A stretch of DNA of 63,681 nucleotides, counting the filler, from Sphingomonadaceae bacterium (lineage in GTDB: Bacteria > Chloroflexota > UBA6077), in NCBI GenBank assembly GCA_050261575.1. It is 3 parts of 3 records of this genome, joined end to end, with 100 filler letters (N's around TTAATTAATTAA, not from the genome) between each part and the next. Parts side by side here need not be neighbours in the genome. Positions count along the whole stretch, not along the records: positions 27,926 to 54,195 come from JBLNDL010000072.1; positions 54,296 to 63,681 come from JBLNDL010000079.1; 1 more part is not named here. One strand, written 5' to 3'. Positions 50,233-59,566 of this stretch are shown here, one piece after another. Under the pieces are notes generated by a model. It saw only the letters and a list, made by a program, of their open reading frames with translations. It searched no databases and was not told the origin of the DNA. The translations under genes and the position numbers were made by a program. Within the stretch, counting starts at the first letter, position 1, and every line of letters starts with the position of its first letter.

Positions 50233-50907
50233 GTGTCACATCGAAAGGAGAGACCCAGAATCAGCCGCCGCCGCTTTCTGGCCACCGCGGGCATCACCCT
50301 GGGCGCCGCCACGCTCACCTGTTCCGGTCTCGTTGCGCTCGGCGTCGGCCAGCCATCCGTCGCCTTTCCAGAATTCACCTTGGGAGGGAGCACAATGCCA
50401 GACAAGATCCTCGTTGCCTACGCCAGCCGGACCGGGGCTACGGCCGGCGTGGCCGAAGCCATCGGCAGGACACTGGCCGAAAGCGGCGCACAGGTAGACG
50501 TCCGTCTCATGAAAGAGGTGGGCGATCTCACCCCGTACCGGGCGGTCGTGGCGGGCAGCGCCGTTCGCGGGTGCAAGTGGCTGCCGGAGGCGATGCAGTT
50601 CGTGCAGACTCATCGGTCAGCACTGGCGCAGAAGCCCTTTGCCGCATTCCTGGTGTGCATAACGCTGGCTATGCGGGACAACAAGTATCGAGATGGAGTC
50701 TCGAGCTGGCTGGACCCCGTGCGCACGCTGGTGAGGCCGGTGAGCGAGGGCCTCTTCGCCGGAACGCTGGAATTGAGCAAGCTGCCGCTGATCCCCGACA
50801 GGCTGGGCATGCAAGCGGCTGTCGCCTTCGGCGTTTTCCCGCAGGGTGACCACCGGGACTGGGATGCGATCCGTGCCTGGGCGAAGGGGTTGGCGCCTCT
50901 CCTGTAG
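50233..50907 (+). CDS. Flavodoxin-domain (HemG-like) protein with N-terminal Tat signal
   Basis: SRRRFL twin-arginine motif; ILVAYASRTGAT..VAEAI, GSAV, F.G.L, GD.RDWD.I..WA. Confidence 0.85.
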   Translation: MSHRKERPRISRRRFLATAGITLGAATLTCSGLVALGVGQPSVAFPEFTLGGSTMPDKILVAYASRTGATAGVAEAIGRTLAESGAQVDVRLMKEVGDLTPYRAVVAGSAVRGCKWLPEAMQFVQTHRSALAQKPFAAFLVCITLAMRDNKYRDGVSSWLDPVRTLVRPVSEGLFAGTLELSKLPLIPDRLGMQAAVAFGVFPQGDHRDWDAIRAWAKGLAPLL

Positions 50908-51136
50908 GCTTGACGGCGAGTGCCCCAATCTCTCGGCCCGTTCGATTCAGGGTTGCATCTGCGGAGGGATTACCGCCGCCTCACGACACACTTTCACCGT
51001 GACGGTTTTCCCGAGTCTCCCGTCAATACTATGCAGGCAGCACTAGTCCGTGTCAACATCTCTAACAGGAAGAGTGTACTCTGTGCAAAGATGCCTGCTC
51101 AGTGTGCGCCGCAAGAAGCAGCTTCGAGGATCGGCT

Positions 51137-51751
51137 ATGTCGAATCGGATGCACGCCAACCCATCACGGACCGGCGAGCCCCTCGGTGGCGGAGCCGAAG
51201 AGGGGGAAGCCGAGTCGATAGCTCGGGCAAGGGCGGATCGTCGGGCCTTTGCCCCGCTCTACGCCCGCTACCTCGATCAGGTCTATCGCTACTGCTACCG
51301 CCGCCTCGGCAGCCGCGAGGCGGCGGAGGATGCCACGAGCGAGGTGTTCTACAAGGCGCTGGCCGCGCTCCACGGCTACCGCGACGGCTCGTTCGCTGGC
51401 TGGCTCATGGCGATCGCCCGTAACGTGACCACCGACGTCCTGCGCTGTCCCAGGCCGGAGGAGCCGCTGCAACCCGAATACAATCCGCCCGACGGGACGG
51501 CAACACCAGAGCAGATGACCCTGGTTGCCGAGGAGCAGCGCTCGCTGCGGAGACTGATGGCGCGATTGCCCGATGACCAGCGTACGGTCCTGGAGCTGCG
51601 GCTGGCTGGCCTCACCGGGGCGGAGATCGCCACGGCGCTCGGGCGCAGCCTGGGAGCGGTCAAGATGCTTCAGCACCGAGCAGTCGTGCAACTGCGGGAG
51701 TACCTGGCCGTCGATACGGGTACGGTGGAGGCTTGCGATGGCAGGGTCTGA
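51137..51751 (+). CDS. ECF RNA polymerase sigma factor
   Basis: AF..LY.RY...VY.Y, AED..SEVF, WL..IARN...D, LP.DQR.VL.LR, EIA..LG.S.G.VK...HRA. Confidence 0.93.
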   Translation: MSNRMHANPSRTGEPLGGGAEEGEAESIARARADRRAFAPLYARYLDQVYRYCYRRLGSREAAEDATSEVFYKALAALHGYRDGSFAGWLMAIARNVTTDVLRCPRPEEPLQPEYNPPDGTATPEQMTLVAEEQRSLRRLMARLPDDQRTVLELRLAGLTGAEIATALGRSLGAVKMLQHRAVVQLREYLAVDTGTVEACDGRV

Positions 51752-54188
51752 GTTCGAGACGATGGAGCGACTGAACGAGTACTGGGACGAGATCGTCCGC
51801 GGCACGGAAGGGGTTCCGGACCGGCTGGACGCGCCCCTTGCCGGCACTGTCCGGATGATCCACGCCCTGGACGATGCACCCGCCCCCGATCCGGCGTTCG
51901 CTCGCCGGCTCTGGCAGGAGTTGGCGGACGAGCCGGCCACGCCCGAGAGACTGCCCGGCCCCGGGGACGCTTCGGCGCACCGCAGCGATTCCGGCAAGAA
52001 GGCTCATGGGCCCCAACCCGAGAGGTCGATCACACTCTCGCGGAAACAAGACGGCAGGGCGCGGGTCTTCCTCGCCCGCCGGCCTCTCGCCGGCATCGCC
52101 GCAGCGCTGGTGATGGCGATTGCGGTGGGCGGCTACCTCGTGGCGACGCAACCGGCGCCGGTAAGCGCCGAGGAGATAGTCCGGAAGGCCCAGGAAGCGG
52201 TGCTGTCCCCCGCCGCCGCGGGCGTCAACAGCTTCGTATCGACCGAGAGGTCGGTCTCCCGCCCCGTCGACCGCATGAAGAGCTACGAGGGCTACAGCGG
52301 CAACGAGGAGATCAGGAGCGAGACGAAGCGGTGGTACGAGGCACCCAACCGCTGGAGGATCGAGGCCGGCGGCAGCGTGATCGACACGCAGGGGAATGAA
52401 CTTCCCAACCGGACCTGGCGCTGGCTCAGCGTGAGCGACGGGAGGGACGTCTGGCGCTACAACATCACGTCGAACGAGGTTACCGTGCACCAGCTCGCCC
52501 CCCCCCCTTCCGGCAAGATCGACTCCTTCGGCGCCGAGTCCACCCTCGGCCAGGGGACGATCGACCCGGGAAAGGCGCTTCAGACCTCCAATCCCAACGT
52601 CAGGCCCAAGCTGCAGGGAGAGGAGAGGGTGGCGGGCAGGGATGCCTACGTTCTCGCCTTCCCACCGGAGACCCGCTCCGCCTCGGCGCCCGAGCTGAAC
52701 GGCCCCAGAACCGTCTGGGTTGACAAGGAGACCTTCTTCGTGCTGAAGGCCGTCCAGTACAGCGGGGTCGACGGCAAGCTGCTCTCGACCACGGAGGTGA
52801 CCAGCGTCCAGTACAACCCAGCCATCGACCCTGCCCTGTTCGGCTTCACGCCCCCGGCAGGGGCGAAACTGGACGACCAGCGCCCGAAGCCCGCGCCGAC
52901 GAAGGCCCAGTTCCAGCAGCAGATGGAGGCGCTCGCCCGACAGGCAGACTTCCCCTTGTTCCTGCCGAGCCAGGTGCCAAACGGCCTCGTGCCGCGCCAG
53001 ACGCGCATGGACCCCGCCCTCGGGCTGCAACTGGAGTACACCTCGCCCTCGGAGACGGACAAGGACTCCTTCGCCACGATGAGGATCGTGGAGCAGAAGG
53101 CGACCCAGGGGCTGGTGAGCCGCTGGATCGAGGGAGCAGAGAGTGCCTCCATCGGCGACACGAAGGGGTGGCTGCGTCGCGGCTTCCGCAACGTGGACGG
53201 GACGGGGATGGACTCGTCTGCCATGCTGCTACGAGACGGCACGCTCATCTCGGTCTCCAGCTTCACCCTCTCGCCAGAGGAACTGCTGGGGGTGGCGGCC
53301 TCCCTGGTGCCGGTGCCGGGCGGCCACGCCCCGCTCCCCAACCCCACGGCACCCAGCATGGACAAGGTGCGGCAGAGGGCGAGCTTCAAGGTGTTCCTGC
53401 CTGAGTACGTCCCGGCGGGGCTCACGCCGGAGCCGCCGGTCGCTGGCAGCAATCAGGGGAGCGACAGGATCGACGCGTTGAACGTCATCTATCATAGTGC
53501 CGACGGCGCAGTGGCTCTTAGGCTGGTAGAGGGACCTCCAAGGGATCCGAGCAGCATGGCGAGGCCGATGCTGACAGCTCCAGAGGTGACGATCAAGCCG
53601 GGCGTCACCGGCCGCATGATGGACGCATCGAGCGTGCAGACGCTGCTTCTCTGGTGGGTGCAGGATGGCACCTACATCTCGTTGGAGACTCGGGTCCTCT
53701 CTCGGGAGGAGCTGCTGAAGGTGGCCGCATCCATGTCCCCGACGGCGGGGCAGGGAAGGGTGGAGCCGGTGGCCGGACGCCCCACCCCGACGCCGGTCCC
53801 TGCTCCCAGCTTCAATGTCCTGCGGCCAACCTGGCTGCCGGAGCAGATGGCCGTGCGGGAGCAGTTCGAGCCCGATCCCACGGGCAAGGGGACCCAGGTG
53901 GTGATCGGCTTCGATCCGAGACCGGAGGACCCGAAACCCCACAGCGTGCTGATGCTTACCGAGATGTCGAAGGAGGCCATGCCGAGCGGAGTTGCGCCCG
54001 ACCCCGAGGAGACACGCGAGACCATAGGCGGCCGGCAGGTGCGCGTCATCTCCCGCGGCGAGGACTGGATCACCCTGACCTGGGTACAGGGGGACGTGGC
54101 GCTGACCCTGACGAACCCCTACGACCCGCCGGGCCAGCCGCGCTACACGCCCGATCAGCTTCGCAAGATCGTCGAGTCGATCCGGTGA
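51738..54188 (+). CDS. Anti-sigma factor with TM, LolA/RseB-like domain and three DUF4367-like repeats
   Basis: Overlaps the sigma gene. TM IAAALVMAIAVGGYLV; W...P..WRIE, VSDG..W.Y, G.E.VAGR.AY, WVD.ET...LK, F.FTPP.GA; three F.v..P..vP.Gl repeats. Confidence 0.8.
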   Translation: MAGSEFETMERLNEYWDEIVRGTEGVPDRLDAPLAGTVRMIHALDDAPAPDPAFARRLWQELADEPATPERLPGPGDASAHRSDSGKKAHGPQPERSITLSRKQDGRARVFLARRPLAGIAAALVMAIAVGGYLVATQPAPVSAEEIVRKAQEAVLSPAAAGVNSFVSTERSVSRPVDRMKSYEGYSGNEEIRSETKRWYEAPNRWRIEAGGSVIDTQGNELPNRTWRWLSVSDGRDVWRYNITSNEVTVHQLAPPPSGKIDSFGAESTLGQGTIDPGKALQTSNPNVRPKLQGEERVAGRDAYVLAFPPETRSASAPELNGPRTVWVDKETFFVLKAVQYSGVDGKLLSTTEVTSVQYNPAIDPALFGFTPPAGAKLDDQRPKPAPTKAQFQQQMEALARQADFPLFLPSQVPNGLVPRQTRMDPALGLQLEYTSPSETDKDSFATMRIVEQKATQGLVSRWIEGAESASIGDTKGWLRRGFRNVDGTGMDSSAMLLRDGTLISVSSFTLSPEELLGVAASLVPVPGGHAPLPNPTAPSMDKVRQRASFKVFLPEYVPAGLTPEPPVAGSNQGSDRIDALNVIYHSADGAVALRLVEGPPRDPSSMARPMLTAPEVTIKPGVTGRMMDASSVQTLLLWWVQDGTYISLETRVLSREELLKVAASMSPTAGQGRVEPVAGRPTPTPVPAPSFNVLRPTWLPEQMAVREQFEPDPTGKGTQVVIGFDPRPEDPKPHSVLMLTEMSKEAMPSGVAPDPEETRETIGGRQVRVISRGEDWITLTWVQGDVALTLTNPYDPPGQPRYTPDQLRKIVESIR

Positions 54189-54195
54189 GGCTGGC

Positions 54196-54295
54196 NNNNN
54201 NNNNNNNNNNNNNNNNNNNNNNNNNNNNNNNNNNNNNNNTTAATTAATTAANNNNNNNNNNNNNNNNNNNNNNNNNNNNNNNNNNNNNNNNNNNN
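54196..54295. other. Artificial contig-joining spacer
   Basis: 100 nt of N flanking TTAATTAATTAA. Confidence 0.97.
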
Positions 54296-54416
54296 ACGGC
54301 CACTCCGACCCCGACGGCCACTCCGACCGAGACACCTCTGCCTGCCACGGAGACGCCGACCGCGACCCCCACCGCCACGGAGACCCCGACCGCCACACCC
54401 ACAGCCACCCAGGACA
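54296..54416 (+). repeat. 121-nt terminal direct repeat, identical to 63561-63681
   Basis: Base-for-base identity read from the sequence (ACGGCCACTCCGACC...GCCACCCAGGACA). Confidence 0.93.
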
Positions 54417-54832
54417 CCAAGGTGAACCTGGCCCTCAACAGGCCGGTCGCAGTCTCCTCCTACCTCGATTGGGCTCATGCCGGCGCAAGGGCGGTGGACG
54501 GCTCATCCGCCACCTACTGGCAGACCAAGCCCGTGACCGGCCCGGGCGGCCCCACCACCGAGTCGATCAGGGTCGACCTCGGGAGCAACAGAACGATCGG
54601 GGAGGTCGTGCTGGAGTGGGACGCCAACTACGCCACCAGCTACACGATCCAGGTATCCACCAACAACTTCGACTGGACCACCCTCTTCACCACCACCACC
54701 GGGGACGGCGGGATCGACACCATACCCTTCACGCCGACGGTAGCCCGCTGGGTGAGGATGGAATCCACCGCGTGGAGCGATAGCAGCCTCCGCAACTGGC
54801 TGCGCGAGTTCCGTGTCATGTCCGGCGGCTGA
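54296..54832 (+). CDS. 5'-truncated CDS: Pro/Thr linker plus F5/8 type C (discoidin) domain
   Basis: TATPTP repeats then NLALNRP...SS, AVDG...T.W, VDLG, L.W...YA..Y.IQVS, ARWVR. Confidence 0.85.
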   Translation, partial: TATPTPTATPTETPLPATETPTATPTATETPTATPTATQDTKVNLALNRPVAVSSYLDWAHAGARAVDGSSATYWQTKPVTGPGGPTTESIRVDLGSNRTIGEVVLEWDANYATSYTIQVSTNNFDWTTLFTTTTGDGGIDTIPFTPTVARWVRMESTAWSDSSLRNWLREFRVMSGG

Positions 54833-54886
54833 GAGCCCGCGCCAGAAGCACCTGATGTGATGAGGTAGCGGAGGGAGGCAAACACG

Positions 54887-57271
54887 ATGAAACAGAGATG
54901 GTACTGGCCCCTGGTTGGAGCCCTCATACTCGCGGTCGGCGTCGCGGTGACAATCGGCGGCTACGACGCAGGCCAGAAGGCGGCAGCCGCGCCGGACGCC
55001 TCGCAGAACTGGGCGCCCTCGGCTGCGATATCGACCGAGCCGATGGCCCCGCTGTCCGAAGCGCCCTGCACCGTCACGGGGAACACCCGCACCTGTCAGC
55101 TCTGGGCGCTCCCAGGCTCGCTCTCGGTGCTGGATGGCCTGTCGATCCCTGTGTGGGGTTTCGCCGGTAGCGCCTCCGGTCCCGCGGAGGTGCCTGGCCC
55201 GGTGATCCGGGCCACTGTGGGCGAAACGCTGGTGATCCAGCTGACCAATGGCATCCCCGGCCAGAATGTGTCGTTGGCCTTCCCCGGCCACGACATAGCA
55301 CCTGATACCGAGGGCGTCGCCCCCGGGGGAACCAAGAGCTACACTCTCACCGTCCCGAAGACGGGGACCTTCCTGTACGAGGCCGGCCACACCGCTGGAG
55401 GTGCCCGGCAAGTCGCCATGGGCTTGGCGGGCCCCTTGATCGTCGAGAGTGGGACCCCGAGCGGGAGACAGGAGAGGATTCTAGTGCTCGGCGAGGTGGA
55501 CCCCGCATTCAACGTCTCGCCGCTCACCTACTCGATGACCGCCTTTAGGCCGAAGTACTGGCTCATCAACGGCAAGGCTTGGCCCAAGACTGGACACATC
55601 GAAACCGCCGCTGGCGACACCGTGCTGGTTCGATACCTGAACGTTGGGGTCGAGCACTACTCCATCGGACTGCTCGGCATGGATCAGGAGATCGTGGCTG
55701 CCGACGGCGAAGCGCTGGCCGTTCCACAGAAGGGCGTCGTCGTGCCGATCTCGCCGGGCCAGACGGTGGAGGCGCTCGTGCGGATACCTGCATCCGCCGT
55801 GAGCGATACCCTCTATCCGTTGTACAACACCAGCCTGCACCAGCACAACAACAACCAGCGGCTGGCGGACAATCGCGCCGCTTTCGGTGGCATGCTGACC
55901 TTCCTTCGGGTTACCACCGGCGCGCAGCCGCCTGTGGACGTCGGCCCGGTCGCCAGCAACGTCACCGTCACCCCTGGCAGAACAAACGGTGCCGGCGGAG
56001 TAGTCCTGTCGGCGACCCTCACCGATGCAGACTCGACTGTGGATGCCTTCGAGTACTTCGTCGATACGCCGGGATCGGCCGGCACGGGAACCCTCGTGTC
56101 CGTGGGCTCGCCGGCGGCTTCTGTCACAGTCGACTTCGACCTCTCGGCGACCGTTCTCTCCGGTTGGTCCAGCGGAGATCACACCCTCTACCTTCGCGGC
56201 CGCGACACCTTGGGGAACTGGGGCTCATTGGGGTCGGTCGTCCTGACACTGGACAAGGCCGGCCCTGTGATCACCGGCACGAGCGTCAAGCCGGCATCGG
56301 CCAACAACAGCATGGACGTGGTGGTGTCCGCCACTGCGGACGACGGCAGCACCGGCAAAGGCAGTGTCGTGGTCGCGGAGTACCGCATCGCCAGCGGCAC
56401 CTGGCAGCCCATGGCGATCAACCCGGCCAACTCGACCGTCGCCGGTCTCTCAGCGACCATTCCCGCCGCCTCCCTTCCGACCTCGGAGGGCGCTTACACG
56501 GTGGAGGTGCGGGCGCAGGACGACCTCGGAAACTGGAGCCTTGTCAGTGGATCGGCGGAGCTGCAGCTCGACAACACCGGGCCGGTTGCCTCTGAGGTGA
56601 CACTCGATCCGTCCCAGATCGACTTCACCCAGCCTCCCACGGTCGGATCGGTCAGACTCACCGCGACGATCACCGACCAGCCTTCGGGGGGCGTCCACTC
56701 GTTGGTGGCCAACGCCGAGGCGTTCTTCGACAACGTGGGGGCCACGGGGACTGGCATTCAACTGTTCCCCTCTGATGGGCTGTTCGACGAGGCGACCGAG
56801 GATGTCTACTTCGACATCCCCTCGTCCGCGTTCGGCGTGCTCACACCTGGGACCCACCAGGTTCACGTGGTTGGAAAGGACACCGCGGGGAACGTGGGAC
56901 CCGCCGGGCTGGCGACAATCACGGTGGCGACCACACTTCCCGTCGACGAGACCGGGCCGACCGTCAGCGACCTGGTTGCCAGCCCCAACCCGACCCTGGG
57001 AGCTCGGAGCATCACTCTGACCGCCGTCGCGACCGATACGCTATCGAACGTTGCATCGGCGGTGTGGTTCCGAGGAACCGATCCGACCAAGACGACGACC
57101 TACCCGATGTCCGCGTCGGACGGCTCCTTCAGTGCCAAGACCGAGGCACTCCAGGTCACCATCGACGTCTCGCGATGGGGCTTCCAGACCCATCAACTCT
57201 CGGTTCGCGCGAGGGACGCCAATGGGAATTGGGGCCCGATTACCACGATCGAGCTAGTAGTCAACAGGTAG
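54887..57271 (+). CDS. Secreted two-cupredoxin-domain (multicopper-oxidase-like) protein with four Ig-like repeats
   Basis: Signal peptide; .WGF, VPGP.IR..VG..L.I.L.N, V.PG....Y, GTFLY, MGL.G.LIV, INGK; repeated GP......P..G.H...VR..D..GNW units. Confidence 0.8.
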   Translation: MKQRWYWPLVGALILAVGVAVTIGGYDAGQKAAAAPDASQNWAPSAAISTEPMAPLSEAPCTVTGNTRTCQLWALPGSLSVLDGLSIPVWGFAGSASGPAEVPGPVIRATVGETLVIQLTNGIPGQNVSLAFPGHDIAPDTEGVAPGGTKSYTLTVPKTGTFLYEAGHTAGGARQVAMGLAGPLIVESGTPSGRQERILVLGEVDPAFNVSPLTYSMTAFRPKYWLINGKAWPKTGHIETAAGDTVLVRYLNVGVEHYSIGLLGMDQEIVAADGEALAVPQKGVVVPISPGQTVEALVRIPASAVSDTLYPLYNTSLHQHNNNQRLADNRAAFGGMLTFLRVTTGAQPPVDVGPVASNVTVTPGRTNGAGGVVLSATLTDADSTVDAFEYFVDTPGSAGTGTLVSVGSPAASVTVDFDLSATVLSGWSSGDHTLYLRGRDTLGNWGSLGSVVLTLDKAGPVITGTSVKPASANNSMDVVVSATADDGSTGKGSVVVAEYRIASGTWQPMAINPANSTVAGLSATIPAASLPTSEGAYTVEVRAQDDLGNWSLVSGSAELQLDNTGPVASEVTLDPSQIDFTQPPTVGSVRLTATITDQPSGGVHSLVANAEAFFDNVGATGTGIQLFPSDGLFDEATEDVYFDIPSSAFGVLTPGTHQVHVVGKDTAGNVGPAGLATITVATTLPVDETGPTVSDLVASPNPTLGARSITLTAVATDTLSNVASAVWFRGTDPTKTTTYPMSASDGSFSAKTEALQVTIDVSRWGFQTHQLSVRARDANGNWGPITTIELVVNR

Positions 57272-57287
57272 TGTCCAATCGGACTCC

Positions 57288-57322
57288 GGGGAGGGGCACG
57301 GCGGGTAGTCTCGCCCCTCCCC
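57288..57322 (+). terminator. Hairpin after the MCO-like gene
   Basis: GGGGAGGGGC...GCCCCTCCCC. Confidence 0.45.
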
Positions 57323-57375
57323 ATACCATCTCCCTCTCCGGGATTCCTGCACGGGGAGGTCTCGCAGGAGGCTTA

Positions 57376-57867
57376 ATGGAACAGGTAACACCGTCTGCGG
57401 CCGGTACGCCGAGCGGGCTGGCGCACAACCTCAAGCTGCTCCTCCCGGCCGCGTTGCTTTTCGTGTGCCTGACGGGCATCCAAGTGTGGCGCTCTCAAGG
57501 CGATCCCCTTTCGAGGGTGCCGGCCGGCGGAGTGCCAGCCAGCAAAGAGATCGAGGAGCGTTACGGGGTGCAGATCACCGGGGTACACGTAGTGGCCAAC
57601 GGGGGCCTCATCGATTTCCGCTACCGGGTCGTCGACGCCGGCAAGGCCAAGGACTTCGGCCACTACACCGAGACATCCCCGCTGTTGACGGCCGAGGACA
57701 GCGGGCGCACGGTGGAAGTCACCATCATGGGCCTGCACAACCATCGCGTCGAGACTGGCCGCAGCTACTACGTGCTCTTCCGAAACACGAACAACGCGAT
57801 TCGCCCAGGCACTCCTGTCAGCGTTCAGATCGGCAACCTACGCCTGCAGAATCTGATAGCGCAATGA
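57376..57867 (+). CDS. Membrane-anchored hypothetical protein
   Basis: ATG 57376 with AGGAGG RBS; N-terminal TM; GGLIDFRYRVVD..KA, GRSYYVLF.N...I..G..V.V.IG. Confidence 0.75.
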   Translation: MEQVTPSAAGTPSGLAHNLKLLLPAALLFVCLTGIQVWRSQGDPLSRVPAGGVPASKEIEERYGVQITGVHVVANGGLIDFRYRVVDAGKAKDFGHYTETSPLLTAEDSGRTVEVTIMGLHNHRVETGRSYYVLFRNTNNAIRPGTPVSVQIGNLRLQNLIAQ

Positions 57868-57912
57868 GCAGACGGACCTCTGACGCCGCAGCAATATCAT
57901 CAGGAGGGAGAA

Positions 57913-58347
57913 GTGAGAATTGGCCCTGTGATCGTCATCGCTCTCGCCCTATCCATTGCCATCGTTCCGCAGTTCACCGACTGTCTGTCTCAGGGCAGAC
58001 AGTTGACCCTTGCGAACGGAAGCAACGTCCCAATGAAGTGTCACTGGACCGCCGTCGCCGAGCTGGGGATGTCGTTACCCCTGTTCGCGACCGGTCTGGT
58101 GCTGGCCGCGTCCCGCCGCAAGGAGGGAGCGCGCACCCTCGGCCTCGTCACGGCGGCGCTGGGTGTCGCCGTGCTACTGTTGCCCGTCACCTTGATCGGG
58201 GTGTGCAGCAACCCTGACATGATCTGCCACTCGGTCATGAGACCGTTCCTGGTCCTGGCAGGCACTCTCACACTGCTTTACGGCCTTGGGACCATGGCAG
58301 TCTCCGCGCCCTCGAAGGGTGAGGCGGAGCGAGTGGGACTGGCATGA
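57913..58347 (+). CDS. DUF4418-like Cys/His/Met-rich membrane protein
   Basis: C...PMKCHW...LIGVC....M.CH motif; about 4 TM. Confidence 0.78.
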   Translation: MRIGPVIVIALALSIAIVPQFTDCLSQGRQLTLANGSNVPMKCHWTAVAELGMSLPLFATGLVLAASRRKEGARTLGLVTAALGVAVLLLPVTLIGVCSNPDMICHSVMRPFLVLAGTLTLLYGLGTMAVSAPSKGEAERVGLA

Positions 58348-59540
58348 CGATCGCTCGGCTGTTGCGGCGCTCCATCCTGCGTAACAGGTTCCGGAGCCTG
58401 TCCGTATTCATCTGTGCCGCCTTGGTCGCCGGACTGGCCGTGGCGGCCACGGCGGTCGTTCGGGGCGCCGAGGCGGGCCTGCGAGGGAATCTGCAGCGGC
58501 TAGGAGCCGACATCCTCGTTCTCCCCTGGGGGACCATCACCGACGAGGTCGGCGGCGTCCGGCTGATGAGCGCAGCGGTCGAGCGGTGGATGCCGGAGTC
58601 CCACGTGCGGAAGATTGCCCAGGTGGAGGGGGTGGCCGAAGTATCCCCTCAACTCTACCTGGCCACGCTGAGGGGCTCGGCCTACTGCCGCCTGCCAGAG
58701 ATGTTCCTGGTGGCCTACGATCCGGCGACCGATTTCACGCTGCACCCCTGGCTGGATGAGGGGCCGCGACCCAGCCTCGCGGACGGAGAGGCAATCGCCG
58801 GAGCGCAGGTCACGCCTCCGGAGGGTAGCTCCACCCTGATCCTCTTCGGCCACCCCATCAGAGTGGTGGGGCGCATGCAACCCACTTCAACCACCATCGA
58901 CCAGAGTGTGTTCGTCAGCTTAGACACCGCCAGAAAGCTGGTCGCGAGCGCCGGGACGCAAGGAGACCGAACCCTTGCGGTCCAGCCAGGAAGCGTCTCG
59001 GCGGTGATGGTCAGGGTGGATCTCGAAAGCGACCCCCACGAGGTGGCGCTGCGCATACTGGACAGAGTGCCTGGCGCGGTTCCGCTGGAGACTCCCGACC
59101 TCTTCCAGACCGAGCGAAGGCAACAGATCGGTGTTCTGCGGACCCTGTTGGGCGTGCTTGCCGTCGTCTGGCTGCTAGCCGTGGTCTTCATGGGCCTGGT
59201 GTTCTCCCTGACCGCGCACCAGCGTCGAAGCGAGATCGGCGTGTTGCGCGCCCTGGGGTTCTCGCGTCTCTTCGCGCTCCGAATCCTTCTGCTGGAGAGC
59301 CTCGTTCTTGCCCTGGCGGGAGGTTTCGCCGGAATCGCGGTCTCCGCTGCATCACTTGCCCTCTCGGGACAAGGCATGGCGGAGTGGGCTGGGATTCCTC
59401 TCCGGGCCCCATCCCTCCTGGGGCTGCTGTCGATCTCCTTGGCAGGCCAGTTCGCGGCCCTGCTCAGCGTCGCACTGGCCGCCTTCATCCCGTCGTGGAG
59501 GCTCACCAGGCAAGAAGTCGCACTGACGATGCGCGAGTGA
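58344..59540 (+). CDS. ABC transporter permease (FtsX/MacB type)
   Basis: RLGADI.V.P, VSPQL.L, R..EIG.LRALG. Confidence 0.9.
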   Translation: MTIARLLRRSILRNRFRSLSVFICAALVAGLAVAATAVVRGAEAGLRGNLQRLGADILVLPWGTITDEVGGVRLMSAAVERWMPESHVRKIAQVEGVAEVSPQLYLATLRGSAYCRLPEMFLVAYDPATDFTLHPWLDEGPRPSLADGEAIAGAQVTPPEGSSTLILFGHPIRVVGRMQPTSTTIDQSVFVSLDTARKLVASAGTQGDRTLAVQPGSVSAVMVRVDLESDPHEVALRILDRVPGAVPLETPDLFQTERRQQIGVLRTLLGVLAVVWLLAVVFMGLVFSLTAHQRRSEIGVLRALGFSRLFALRILLLESLVLALAGGFAGIAVSAASLALSGQGMAEWAGIPLRAPSLLGLLSISLAGQFAALLSVALAAFIPSWRLTRQEVALTMRE

Positions 59541-59566
59541 GCGCCAACTACGAGCGGAGGAACGCG

